Positions 19,298 through 30,924 of a stretch of DNA of 64,000 nt are shown piece by piece. The notes under the pieces were generated by a model. The model had not been told where the DNA came from. It made no database searches and saw only the letters and a program-made list of their open reading frames with translations. A program made the translations under genes and the position numbers. Origin of the DNA: Naegleria gruberi. Its lineage: Eukaryota. The stretch's first letter is position 1. Every line of letters starts with the position of its first letter. The stretch lies in the NCBI GenBank assembly GCA_000004985.1, contig GG738918.1; one strand, 5' to 3'.

Positions 19298-21980
19298 TTA
19301 TTGTTTGAAATACGAACCAACGTAACCTCTTCCCGATCTTGAGGCTGGCACTCCTCTCTCTGTTGATTTAGCTCTGTGGCCAGGTGCAGTAGCTTTAGAG
19401 GAAAGAATTGATTTGGATTCATTGTTGGCAACTTGACTATTTGCAACCATTGACTTTAACTGACTTCTTTCTTCAATTAATCGTTTAAGGCTTTCTTTAC
19501 ATTGGTTATATTCTTTTTGAAGGTTATTTACATATTCAACAGCTTGTTGCAAAAGGGTTTCTTTTTCTTCTAATCTAGTTGACATCTTTCTGTTAAATTC
19601 TACTGAAATGTTGAGTTGAATTCTAGTATCTAGGAGTTTAGTCTTAGCATCCATAGCAAGAGCAATATCATGCAATTGTTTCAATACTTCTTGACTTGAT
19701 TCCATATCTTCGCTCTTCAGTAGTTCCAAAACTCTGTCTAATCCCATATGAATTTCAGAAAGTTCATTTCTTGTGGATCCTAGCTCTCTTTGCATTTCTT
19801 TTACAACCTCGTTGTGCAATGCAATTCTAGAAGAGGCTTGTTTAATCTCTTTTTCAATACCTGTTTGTGGGTTTGGTTCGATGAGGTCCTTTCTTTCCTC
19901 TAACAATAATTCAATTTCTTTCTTCATCTCTTCAATTACTGCAATGTGTTCAGATCTTTCCTTATTGATGGCATCTTGGAGCTCTTTCTTATGAGCCATG
20001 TTTGAATCGTTCAAGTTTTGTTGTGTAGCTTCTAATTTCTTTTCAAGTGCATCAATTAATTCTTGCTTCTTTGCAACTAGTTGTCTCAAGTTGGAATCGA
20101 GTTCAAGCTCCTCAATTCTTTCCTTGAATAAAGAATTTTCTTCTTTCAACACCTCAACTTCCATTTCCAAGTTTGAAATCTTTTCTTTGAGTAACCTCTC
20201 AGATCCAGCCTTGCTTAACTTGGCAGATTCCTCTTCTTCGTACTTTTTCTTAAGCTTTGCAACAAGCTCGTCAGCTTGGTCTTGCAATTGGAGATTCATA
20301 TTCTTTAATTCGTCATTTTCATTTTGAAGTAATTTTACCTCTTCTTCGTCAACCCCTGATGATGGATCTTGCAATAATTTCGCATACTTTTCTGAAACCA
20401 ATTTGTGTGCTTCTTTTTCAGTATCAAAATCCCTTGCCAAGTCTTCCGTCTTTTCCAAGAGTTGGTTGTAATCGGTGGTGAGAGTATTGAGCTCGTATTG
20501 GTACATTTCACATTGGTTTTGAATATCAGTCTTTTCCTTTTCTAACTTTTCAATCATTTCGTTAACTGGAGAGGAGTCGGCTTGAGAGGATTTAAATTCC
20601 TCTATTTGCAGATTCAAGTCGAGAATTTTACTCTCTAACTCTTGAATTTGCTCCTCCTTCTCGTTGAGTTGTTCCTTATTTACCTTAAATTCTTCCTCTA
20701 AAAATTGAGTATTCTCAGATAATTTCTTTAATCTTGACACTTCATCTTGTAATATTCTTAACTTATCATCAGTATCGATAGAAACTCTTGGTGTTCTGAC
20801 AGACTTCTTCAGTTCGTCATTTTCTGCCAATAGTGATTCTATTTGTTGCTGTTGTGAGTTAAGCAATGTGAGATACTCTTCTTCGTTAGAGTTTTCCTTG
20901 AGGTGCTCTTGAATGATTGAAACAGTCTTGTTCACATTATCTGCATTAGTCAACAGTTGACTGAGATTTGTACTATTTTCAACAATTGGTTCTCTTTCTT
21001 TTTCGGCTTCCTTTGCATAGAAAGCTGATAATTCTGCTGTTAGGTTGTGATTTTCTTCCTCAATTTGTCTCTTTTCGACTTCTCTAGCATTCAACAAGTC
21101 TTGCTTTTCAAGTAATTGTCTCTTGATTTCTGCAAATGCTTGATTAGTTTCTTCCATTTCTAGAATGGTCTTGGAGTATAAATCTCTCAATTCCTTGTTT
21201 TCTCTCAAGAGTGCAGCTTCATCCCTTCCTTCATTCTTAGGTTTTGATTTTTCATTATCATATTGAGAAAGAAGATCATCATACTTGGATCTGAGTGATG
21301 TTAATTCGTCCATTAATTCTTGTCGTTTCAAAGTTGCAATCTCTGCCTCCTTTCTGTATTTCTCCTTCTTTTCTTGCAGTACCTTGAATTCATCTTCCAT
21401 ATCTTTTACATTGAGTTGGAGTTTTTCAATTTCTGCTTGTCTTTGTTCTCTTTCCTTTTCTTGAACTGATATAATATTCCTGATTAATGTAAATTAGAAG
21501 AGTGATGATATTTACATACCTTTGATTGACGAGTTCCTTCTCAGAAATGTCCAAAACCTTTGAAATTTCAACAACTTGACCTCTCAGGGTTTCATTCTCT
21601 TCTCCTACAAGGTTCATATGCTCCTCTATGGTTTTATTCCTATCAGAGAGAATTTTAATTTCCTTATTATATTCTAACTTAATTTGATTAATATCAGAGA
21701 GTTGAGATTCATTATTAGAGAGTCTTGATATTGATTCCTTTTGTTTTTGTATTTCCTCCTTCAACTTTTTAATATCATTTTCTCTTCTAGAATTGATGGT
21801 TCTTAAGGCTTCGGCCTTTAATGATGATCAGCATTAAATTGTATTTGCCTTAATACCTACCTCCTTCTCTGCAAAAAGTACCTCTTCTACTAAGACCGAT
21901 AGATCCTTCTTCCTGCTGATTAACTCTCCTTCCAACTCTTGGATTCGGTAGTTTGCCTCTTCTAAGGATTTAACTGGCAT
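19298..21980 (-). CDS. Long coiled-coil protein (E/K/L/Q-rich heptad repeats over about 850 aa). It has three exons, with introns at 21816-21860 and 21480-21519.
   Basis: The ATG is at 21980. Canonical GTAGGT...AG (45 nt) and GTATGT...AG (40 nt) introns join the ORF-track ORFs 21426..21764 and 19298..21400 in frame. The coiled-coil character is apparent from the sequence composition. Confidence 0.6.
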
Positions 21981-22095
21981 ATTATTGTTGGCGCTTTTTT
22001 TAAAATGATAAAAATTTTATGCGTAACGGTCTGTAACAACAACATGTTCGGTTCAATGAATAAGTTAGTGATAGTTGATGGTGCATTGGCTTGTC

Positions 22096-23157
22096 CTATT
22101 GATTAGTAGTATCAAAGGAGCCAGGACTAGCTAGGCAAACCAAATGCATCGAGGAGTAATCAGAAAAGAGTAATCTTCCTCCCTTATTGTCTATATGAAT
22201 ACCAATTGGATTAATTATTGAGCCATGAGTAATTTTCTTGACGAGTTCTCCTGTTGGGGTGAACACTTGAATGGCATTGGCAAAATCAGATGCATATATA
22301 TAATCATTAGAGTAGTCGATTGACAAGCCATAAATATCCTTAAATGTTCCAAACGAATTCACTACTGTGTAAGAGTCACCATCTTGTCTCAACACAAATA
22401 TCTTTCTTTTATCACAATCTCCAATAATTAAATCTCCCAAGCTATTGAATGATATTGACCAAGGACCAAGTAAATCCGAGGCAAGGCTTATGCTTCTCAA
22501 AACTGAACCAGTATTCGAATCCAAAAATTGAATTTGTTTCTCAGTCTTCTCACAAACCAATATCAGATTCTGATTGTATGGTCTATATTTTATGGTTAAT
22601 CCCTGTGGATCAGTTACTTTTCTTGTCCATTCCTTTATATCTGGAACTGCAAATTTATCTTTCGAATCACACAACAATGTAGACAATTTACATTTTACAA
22701 CTCCAAATTTTGTGTTGGTAAAATACAAGTACAATTCTCTAGAATCAATAATCTCAATGGCCATATATCTTGGTCGAACAGAATCAGAATGCCAATCAAT
22801 TACTTTCTTTTGTTTTAAGGTATTATAATCAAATACAACAATTCTATTCTTCAATTGATCACAAACCAAAATACACTGATAATCAGTTGAAATTTTAACA
22901 TCCAATGGATAGGACATGTTGTCTCCATTCAATTTTCCAACATTTGCATCAAAACGTTGATAATCAAATCCAACATATTTTGCATATTTTCTCATCTTTG
23001 ATTGAAGAAATCTAAATAATGGTCGTGTGTGCTCTAAATCCTGCTCCGAATCGTCAATTTTTGAAACGTGATCAAGAAGATACATCCGATCAGAAGTAAC
23101 AAAATCGACAAGTTGCACCACAACACATCCAAGGTTAGTTATCAAGTTTGTCGACAT
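22096..23157 (-). CDS. NHL-repeat beta-propeller protein.
   Basis: It has repeated NHL-like blades, such as NRIVVFDY, GDLIIGDCDKRKIFVL and IYASDFANAIQVF. Confidence 0.55.
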   Translation of the reverse strand: MSTNLITNLGCVVVQLVDFVTSDRMYLLDHVSKIDDSEQDLEHTRPLFRFLQSKMRKYAKYVGFDYQRFDANVGKLNGDNMSYPLDVKISTDYQCILVCDQLKNRIVVFDYNTLKQKKVIDWHSDSVRPRYMAIEIIDSRELYLYFTNTKFGVVKCKLSTLLCDSKDKFAVPDIKEWTRKVTDPQGLTIKYRPYNQNLILVCEKTEKQIQFLDSNTGSVLRSISLASDLLGPWSISFNSLGDLIIGDCDKRKIFVLRQDGDSYTVVNSFGTFKDIYGLSIDYSNDYIYASDFANAIQVFTPTGELVKKITHGSIINPIGIHIDNKGGRLLFSDYSSMHLVCLASPGSFDTTNQ

Positions 23158-23354
23158 TTTTTTTTCTATTTTTAAATTTCATTATTTCTTAATAAAAACT
23201 GGGAGAGAACAAGGAAATTGAGAGAAAAAGGTTGAATTGAAGAAAAGTTATTCGAAAAATATAAGGAAATTATAGGACAAATAGATGGAATGGTTCGCAA
23301 TTATTTTAACTAAATATCTCTCAATCAAGGCTTATCATTTTTGGTCAACTAATA

Positions 23355-24959
23355 TTGAAAACAATGTCTCTACGACTATTCGAAAGCAAAATGATCTACC
23401 ACTCTGTAGATCAATCATCAAATTCTTCATCAAATTCAACAACGATCAATAGCTACAGTGCATGTCCCGATTGGTTTCCTTATCATTTAGCACTGAATTT
23501 AAATTCAAGTAATTCTTTGAATATGGAATGTCCTGATACTATAGTTGTTCCTATATTTGCTGGAGTTGTTTTATTCTGTTTTATTATATTCACTGTAACT
23601 GGTTTAATTTGTTTATTTTGGAAGAGAAATTCTGCCTACATTAGAGCTAGGTCATTCTCTTCATTGCTAATGACCATTTTGTCAAACACGTTGATTTATG
23701 GCATGGTTTCAATGAGATGCTTGATTGGAAAGGATGATTTTCCTTGTTTTTTAATGTCATTGTCGACCTTCCTTATTGGACCTTTATTTTCCATTCCTTC
23801 AATTGTCAGAGGAATTCGATTAATTATATTATACAGGACTACATTGGAAAGAACAAAGACTTTCAATAACACGGACACCTCTTCCATGAATAAGGTTGAG
23901 AATTTTAATTGTGGAGAAACAACAGTTACTAATTGGTCAGACGAAGTGGAAAAGAGAGATTCCAAGCAACTGAAATATCTTAATCTTGCCAATCGATTAT
24001 TACAAAGCCATTTGTTTACAATAGTATTTACAACCTTGATGCTTTTTTTGCATATTCTTATTTGGATGACTATTGGACTGATTGAGGATCAATACTATTC
24101 CTCTAATAGATTCATCACCACAAATAGTAGTATGTTTAATTATAAGGGGTGTTACTCAAGTGGACCTTCTGGAATTATAATCACTTCCTTTGTTGCGTTT
24201 TATCTGGCAATTGATTTGATTGTAATTATTGTCTTATTCTTTACAACAGAAAAAGATACATTTAGAATCAAATCAGAGTTGATCATCCTGTCAGTTTCGA
24301 GATTGTTTCTTGTTGTGATTTATTTCATAGCTACCCAAGTTCAGTTTTTCAAATATCTGGCAAGAATTATTCCAAACAATCACATTTTTCTTTCGTATGC
24401 TTTCGTTGAGATTATTATTTCAATTCTGTGGCCTGTTTTCAGAGAATCAATGCAGAAACGAGGTGAGCATAAAGTGTTGGAAAGTGAAATTGAATCCGTG
24501 CTCAACAACAAGGAAACTTTGAAGGTTTTGTTGGATTTTGCAAGGAGAAGTTTTTGTCCTGAAGGAATTCTATTTTACAAAGATGTGCAACATTACAAAA
24601 AATTGGTAATCAAGTATCAAGATCATGAATTCAATACAGCATTTCATAACACAGAAACAATCAAGAAACATCGATCAAATGTGCAAAAGTTAGTTTCGAA
24701 TATTGTGAAAAGCTACTTGGCTGAAGGAAGTGTCAATGAATTGAATTTGCCAAATGTCAAAATATTGAGGAATGACATTAATGCTAAACTAGCAGAATTG
24801 GAACATAACCATTCACCTTATCCCGTCGATTTATTTGATTCTGCTCAAGTGGAAACATTACTTACAATTCTTGGATTATACGAAAGATTGAAATATTCCA
24901 ACAAGTCAATTCTAGACTATTCTACACATTGGAGATCAAAAACAACTCCTCACATCTGA
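23355..24959 (+). CDS. 7TM-RGS receptor, a paralogue of the gene at 9746-11440.
   Basis: The conserved ectodomain reads CPDWFPYHL..LNMECPDTIVVPI. The TM topology is the same, and the C-terminal RGS domain reads GILFYKDVQHYKK..SYLAEGSVNELNLPNVK..LFDSAQVETLLTILGLYERL. Confidence 0.7.
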   Translation: MKTMSLRLFESKMIYHSVDQSSNSSSNSTTINSYSACPDWFPYHLALNLNSSNSLNMECPDTIVVPIFAGVVLFCFIIFTVTGLICLFWKRNSAYIRARSFSSLLMTILSNTLIYGMVSMRCLIGKDDFPCFLMSLSTFLIGPLFSIPSIVRGIRLIILYRTTLERTKTFNNTDTSSMNKVENFNCGETTVTNWSDEVEKRDSKQLKYLNLANRLLQSHLFTIVFTTLMLFLHILIWMTIGLIEDQYYSSNRFITTNSSMFNYKGCYSSGPSGIIITSFVAFYLAIDLIVIIVLFFTTEKDTFRIKSELIILSVSRLFLVVIYFIATQVQFFKYLARIIPNNHIFLSYAFVEIIISILWPVFRESMQKRGEHKVLESEIESVLNNKETLKVLLDFARRSFCPEGILFYKDVQHYKKLVIKYQDHEFNTAFHNTETIKKHRSNVQKLVSNIVKSYLAEGSVNELNLPNVKILRNDINAKLAELEHNHSPYPVDLFDSAQVETLLTILGLYERLKYSNKSILDYSTHWRSKTTPHI

Positions 24960-25117
24960 TCATGATTCAAATAATTGCATCATTCTCATATGCTTCCTTT
25001 TAACTTTCAACTTTGAATTTTAACAAGTTGTTCAAAGTTCATCCTTAAACTATTTTCAAATTTCTATTTCAGAATTGAAATAGTTTACTTCAATTTCCCT
25101 CCCACCTATCTAAAAAA

Positions 25118-25417
25118 ATGGTCAACTGCCCCAAGACGATCAATGCCTATTGTGTCAAGTGTAAAACACATAAAGAACACAAAGTTTCACAATACAAGGC
25201 AGGTAAAACAAGACGTACAGCTAAAGGTCAAAGATTTTATGTCATTAAACAGAAAGGATATGGTGGACAGACAATGCCAATCTTTCACAAGAAGGCAAAA
25301 ACCACCAAAAAGATTGTTTTGAAATTGTATTGTAAAGATTGTAAAAGATGTAATCAGAGATGTTTGAAAAGATGTAAACATTTTGAGATTGGTGGAAGAA
25401 AGAAGAGTGAAATGTAA
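25118..25417 (+). CDS. rpl36a: Ribosomal protein eL42 (L44e/RPL36A), unusually divergent.
   Basis: MVNCPKT...KVSQYKAGK...[25 protein letters not shown]...[10 protein letters not shown] matches the eL42 zinc-ribbon protein. The normally invariant stretch SLFAQGKRRYDRKQSG reads [17 protein letters not shown] here. Confidence 0.8.
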   Translation: MVNCPKTINAYCVKCKTHKEHKVSQYKAGKTRRTAKGQRFYVIKQKGYGGQTMPIFHKKAKTTKKIVLKLYCKDCKRCNQRCLKRCKHFEIGGRKKSEM

Positions 25418-25708
25418 AATGTGGAATTGGAGAAATATAATGGAGATTTTAGAGTGCTTTGGATATGAAATTGTGTTATTCGAAATAGTGGAAATTGCAT
25501 TCGAATGCAATTTAATATTTGGAGAAAATGATTCATCAGAATTAGGATCATTGAAATTAGTAAACACTAATTGAATCAATTTCAAAAACTTATAATTCCT
25601 CTTCTAAGCCTAATCCAAATTTGTTAATTCTACATTTTTAACACTTTAATACTTTAGAATATTTCCAACCGAATCATTCTAAACTCAGAAATTAAACTCA
25701 AAAAGAAA

Positions 25709-27338
25709 ATGAAGATCCCCATCGAATCAATTTGGAAACAATCTTTCAAACAGTCTCAAACTCAATTTCCCAAACTCAGTGGATTAGGTCCAGAGGTGGT
25801 AAATTTCATTCATTTTAAATTATTCGAAATAATGTTTTTTGTTATTTAAGGATGTTTGTGTTGTGGGAGGAGGTGTATTTGGCTTACAAACAGCATTGAA
25901 ATTAGTGGAGAAGGGTAAGAAGGTTGCAATTGTTGAAAGTGGACAAGTTGGTTCTGGAGTTTCGAATAACACAACAGCTAAGGTTTCTGCACTTCATTCC
26001 ATTATTTATTCGAAAATTGAAAAGAAATTTAATAGAAGTGTTTCCTCCCAATATGCCCAAATGAACATGGCAGGCGTGAGAGAAATGGGAAATACTATCA
26101 AGAAGTATGGTATCGAATGTGATTGGACTAAATCAGATTCGTATACTGTTGCCCTTTCAGATAGCGAATTGAGAATTGTTCAAGATGAAATTGACGCTGC
26201 CAATCATGCTGGTCTATACGGAGTAGATTACATCTATCCAGATCATTTAAAAGAAATACCATTTCCAAATAAGGGAGCCATTCGTCTAAAAGATCAATAT
26301 GTCTTCAACTCATTTGCCTATTGCCAAGGTTTAGCCAAAGCATTAGAAAAGAGTGGTGTCTTTATTTATGAGAATTCTCGTGTGCATGGTGTAGAATATG
26401 CCTCTCCGCACATTATTTCAACCAATGAAGGAAATGTAATGGCAGATAAAGTTGTCATTGCAACACATTTACCAATTTTAGATAGATCTGGACACTTCTC
26501 AGTGATTGAAGCACAATCTTCCTATTGTGTTGCATTCAAAATGAAAGAAGGAGTCAAAGCACCTATTGGAAACTATATAACTATTGGAAAGTGCGACGAA
26601 TTTGGAATCAAGTCAATCAGAAGTGCAGAAAATGGTAAAATCCTCATTATTGCTGGTAATAGCAACAAGTGTGGTGAATTCCATCCAACAGGAAACAGCC
26701 AAGATATTTACGATAATTTAATCGAATTTGGTTTTAATAATTTCAAAGTTGAAAAGGCAATTTGTGGTTGGTCAGCTCTTGATTACTTTACTGCAGATAC
26801 GATTCCATACTTTGGATTATTGCATCATGGTATTAATACTGTTTATACGGCAACTGGTTGTAGAAAGTGGGGTTTCTCCAATTTGAGTGCTGCCTCATTA
26901 ATCGTTTCAGATATGATATGCGAAACTCTTGATCCAGACACAACTGGCCTGTGGTCTCAAACATTCGATGCCAGAAGATGGGATCTCACCAAATCAACCC
27001 TCTCAATGGTCAAATTCCAATCCAATGTTGCCAAACATTTCGTCGCCACCAGAATTCGTGATGTTATTAAGGCAAGAACAATAGATGAATTGGGAATTGA
27101 AGATGGTGGAATTTGTAAACAAGGATTAGAAACAATAGCTGCATATAGAGATGGTAAGGGTGAATATCATCTCTTCCATCCAACATGTACTCATTTGGGA
27201 TGTCATTTGGATTATAATAATGCTGAAAAGACATTTGACTGTAGTTGTCATGGAAGTAGATTTAAGGCAACTGATGGAGAAGTAATTCATGGACCAGCTG
27301 TGAAGCCATTAACTCCATTACCTTTGAATAAATTGTAA
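25709..27338 (+). CDS. FAD-dependent oxidoreductase (DAO family) fused to a C-terminal Rieske [2Fe-2S] domain, a bacterial YhfW-like architecture. It has two exons, with an intron at 25799-25850.
   Basis: The N-terminal Rossmann motif reads [23 protein letters not shown]. The C-terminal Rieske boxes read CTHLGCHL and CSCHGSRF. Exon 1 (ATG at 25709, [13 protein letters not shown]...GLGPEV) joins through GTAAAT...TTTAAG to DVCVVGGG in frame. The ORF-track start at 25839 is a TTG. Confidence 0.7.
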
Positions 27339-27764
27339 TTCATAGTATTAAATATAATATTTAATAGAGTTTACAATTTATTGCAATGACAATTTAGATG
27401 TTAAAAATTTGAATAGTTTTAGATATTGAACCTATCTCGGGATGATTATCAATTTAATTCTTCTTCAATAACTTTCTTCTCAATTACATTAGAAACTTAA
27501 CTTAACTAAACGAATTGACCAATATCCACATTCTTATCAAATAAATCAACAATTAATGCACTCATACGACTGTTAATGGTCGTAATTTGAAAATAACAAA
27601 ATCGGTGATGTGAATATGTCATCATCCAACATCACAAACGTCAAGAGCAATAAAAAAAAAGCTGTCACTCATCAATTTTAATTAAAAATTACACTGAAAA
27701 GATATTGTATTTAAAACACATAACACAGTGAGCATCTACACAATAGAAAACGAACCTTTTCAAA

Positions 27765-28580
27765 ATGGATCCAAAGAAGAAGGGTGAATTATTAGCCCCA
27801 ACTTTTGACAAACTTCAAAAGTTTTCTGAAATGATTACAGCTGCCCTATTCACAGCTCCAATTCATTGTCAGATATATAAACAAAAACTTAGACAAGCTG
27901 CTGAGGTGGAGAGAACAGTCGAGTCTGAGAATCAGGTACAATTGGTTTCTGCCTCCTCACCAACACCAACCACTAATCTTTTATCGACACCATCAGGTTT
28001 ATCAGGTGGAAGTGTGAGTTCTCCAGTGTTGGCTGGTACCTCTCCATTGATTGTTGGTGTTTCCACGTTGAATATTACTAGTGGTGATGATGGTGCTTCT
28101 TCTAATAATAATTCGGCAACATCACCTTCATCTTCATCTTCTACAACAACAACAAATAATTTGCAACCTTCTACAACAACAACATCAGCATCAGCATCAA
28201 CAACAACAGAAGTTGTAGCAAATAGTGATGAAAAGTTAGTTGAGAATAGTTTGAATGGTGGTACCACCACAGTAGAGGCCTCTGCAACAACAACTCCTTC
28301 TATTACTACTACAACAACAACAACAACAACAGCAGCAAATATTGTTGAAGAAGAAGAAGATAAATTTGAGGCTAGAAAAATTGAGGTCGAAGTTGATTGG
28401 GAGAGTTTTAACGAATTGTTTAATACATTGTTTAATGAGGGAGCTCCTGAGGTGATTGATACAATTTTGAATTCATTCCTTTCAAAGTCTTGTGCTGCCT
28501 CTCTGATTGGTACTTTAATATCACAATACTGTAAACCACCACAAAATCGTAAGTTATTTTCTAATAATTGGTTCATGTGA
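27765..28580 (+). CDS. Hypothetical Ser/Thr-rich low-complexity protein (poly-T and poly-S tracts).
   Basis: It is a long ORF with ordinary codon usage and homopolymeric T/S runs. The antisense ORF 27932..28576 is a composition artefact. Confidence 0.4.
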   Translation: MDPKKKGELLAPTFDKLQKFSEMITAALFTAPIHCQIYKQKLRQAAEVERTVESENQVQLVSASSPTPTTNLLSTPSGLSGGSVSSPVLAGTSPLIVGVSTLNITSGDDGASSNNNSATSPSSSSSTTTTNNLQPSTTTTSASASTTTEVVANSDEKLVENSLNGGTTTVEASATTTPSITTTTTTTTTAANIVEEEEDKFEARKIEVEVDWESFNELFNTLFNEGAPEVIDTILNSFLSKSCAASLIGTLISQYCKPPQNRKLFSNNWFM

Positions 28581-28869
28581 TGTATATAATAATAATTATA
28601 TGTTTAATTAATTAACAATATTGTATATGAATACAAAACGACAAAACGACCACTATTGATCTCGTATATATTATTAAATTGTATTCATCCACATACTAAT
28701 TGTATCTCTCGTTAATCATGATAATACAACAATAATATCAAAATGACAATATTAAATTAATACTAATAATATTGTGAATAATAATAATAATAACAACAAA
28801 TAACAACAAATTATAATAGATAATGAAAAATCAAAACACGTATATATTAGAGATTTTCTTCAACAAAAC

Positions 28870-30924
28870 TTGAAAAAGTACGTGATTAAATACAGTGATG
28901 ATCCACGTGATGTTGGATATTATAAAGATGGTGTTATTGTTGATGTGGTTGAAATTGAAGTTACTCAAGATGAAACTATTCAATGGATATTTAGAGATAT
29001 AACTAAAAACCTTGACAGATGTACAGATATTCAACAATTTATCATTGAAAAGTATTATATTCCAGAGTTTGAGAGAAGAATTTTGAATGAATTTTTGCAT
29101 CCACTCAAATTACAAGTGAATTGGGATCACATGAAATATGCTGCCTTTGATTATCCACGTGCAGTTGAGAGAATTTACAAGGAACAATCACAATGTGTTC
29201 TAGAACAAGTTTATTTAGCAATGAGTGATATTTGTGCATATGAGGAGGATGATCTAGTTGATGCTCTTTCACTTGGTTTAACAACAATTGCTATTACTCT
29301 TCAACCAAGTCCACACTCTGGCACAGGAGAAAGACCAAAGAAGGATTTTGACATTCATGAAGCAACTAGAACACTTACATTACGTTTGGTTTTAGAAGGA
29401 CATGATATGAATGGCATGTTCTTTAGAGATGAATTAAAGCCAATTATCAAATTGGCTGGTTTGTACAGTACAGATATTACACCACTTTTCAAATTTGAAA
29501 TTTTAGCTTCTGCAGCTCAATTGTATAAAGTACGCGAATATGCTGATTTGAGTGGTATGAAGAGATTACTTTCTAGACCAGATTTGAATTGGTGGACTCC
29601 AACTGAAGTTGAAAAATCAATCATTGATAAGGCACGTGTCTTTATCAATGAAAATATTCGTAGACGTGACTCAAAGAAGAGTGGTTCACAACATTCCAAC
29701 GATGAAAATATCATGAATAATTATGAAGATGATGGTATGGGAGAGGATGAAGGTTATGATGACGATGAAAATATGAATAATCCATATCATGAAGAAATTA
29801 TTAAGGGATGGCATGTTATCAAAGTTAACAAACATCAAATCAATCAAGATCGTTATTTAATTTTGACTGACAAGGCATATTGGACATTAAAATATGATGC
29901 CAAGACAGGTTTTGATCCAAAACACTTCAAGAGACACGATATTTGCAATTTCTATTTCACAGAACAAGGTGATATTGAAAATACAAAGAATGGTGCCATT
30001 CAAGCTCTTAAAGTTTACTTGCATGAAAAGAGAAAGAAGGGCATGATTTCTGCTGAAGAATCTGCTGCCATTGTAGGCAATGGAAGAAAGGGTTCTATCA
30101 GTGTTCGTGCCTCTATGAAGTTTACAACCTCTGCTGCAGGTCAACAATTTGCCTTCTTGCAAACATTGAGTTATCAATTATTGCAGGACAGTGGCATTCC
30201 TAGAACTCGTGTGAAAAAGAAGAAGGCCGAAAGAGCACGACCAGAAAGAAATAAGGATGTAACTGAATATGCTAGTTTATTCTTACCTCACAGTGAGGAA
30301 AAGGAGTTTGATGTTGAGGATATTAAGAGTATTCTGACGGAAATTTCTTGGTGTTTGTTTGCTGTTGCCAATGCAAACTCTAAGAGAATTCACCCTAACT
30401 ATAAGGTCATCGAGCCATTCTTCTCAATCAAAGATTTTACAGTTCCAAAATCAAAGTGGTTCTCTCCATTTGTTAACATGTTTAAGAGTCCTAAGAAAAC
30501 ATCAACAACAACTACCACCAAGGAGAAGAAGATTGCCCGTAAGGATCACGGAAAATCTGGACATACTGATCCAACAAAAGAAGATGAAGAAGAAGGACAA
30601 ACTTCAACAACTTCTGGAGAATTCGTCACAAAGAAACAACCACTTCCAGTTGACAAACAACAACATACCAAACCAATTCTTAAAATCAGACAAGAAGAAC
30701 AAAGAATTAGTTTCAATCCAAACTTTAGAGCACCAGCAACTACAGGTTACACACCGACTGGTGTCATTATCACTAAGGAGGATGAGGAAAAAGGTCAAAG
30801 CCGAAGAATTACCTTCAAGGCAACAGCTAGAGTATTCTACACTGGTAATGAAGAAGATCAAAATACTGGTTTCTATGCTGTAGAGGAAGATTTAATTGAC
30901 GAAGAAGTAGATGAGGTTCAATAA
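28870..30924 (+). CDS. Hypothetical protein with acidic and basic low-complexity segments and a possible PH-like/hSac2-like region (RYLILTDKAYWTLKYD). The 5' end is uncertain because the ORF-track start is a TTG.
   Basis: It is a long ORF. The first in-frame ATG is internal (MKYAAF, about 29132). I recognise no confident domain. Confidence 0.4.
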   Translation: MKKYVIKYSDDPRDVGYYKDGVIVDVVEIEVTQDETIQWIFRDITKNLDRCTDIQQFIIEKYYIPEFERRILNEFLHPLKLQVNWDHMKYAAFDYPRAVERIYKEQSQCVLEQVYLAMSDICAYEEDDLVDALSLGLTTIAITLQPSPHSGTGERPKKDFDIHEATRTLTLRLVLEGHDMNGMFFRDELKPIIKLAGLYSTDITPLFKFEILASAAQLYKVREYADLSGMKRLLSRPDLNWWTPTEVEKSIIDKARVFINENIRRRDSKKSGSQHSNDENIMNNYEDDGMGEDEGYDDDENMNNPYHEEIIKGWHVIKVNKHQINQDRYLILTDKAYWTLKYDAKTGFDPKHFKRHDICNFYFTEQGDIENTKNGAIQALKVYLHEKRKKGMISAEESAAIVGNGRKGSISVRASMKFTTSAAGQQFAFLQTLSYQLLQDSGIPRTRVKKKKAERARPERNKDVTEYASLFLPHSEEKEFDVEDIKSILTEISWCLFAVANANSKRIHPNYKVIEPFFSIKDFTVPKSKWFSPFVNMFKSPKKTSTTTTTKEKKIARKDHGKSGHTDPTKEDEEEGQTSTTSGEFVTKKQPLPVDKQQHTKPILKIRQEEQRISFNPNFRAPATTGYTPTGVIITKEDEEKGQSRRITFKATARVFYTGNEEDQNTGFYAVEEDLIDEEVDEVQ

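Noticed and set aside
19773-20481. Plus-strand ORFs (73, 109 and 74 aa) rich in S/F
   Set aside because: They are antisense to the E/K/L-rich coiled-coil gene, an expected artefact of a biased repeat.
25839-25850. ORF-track start codons at 25839, 28870, 34269, 34748, 50443, 54673 and 61802
   Set aside because: These are TTG, not ATG. I treated them as artefacts of a bacterial start-codon table and replaced them with upstream exons or internal ATGs.
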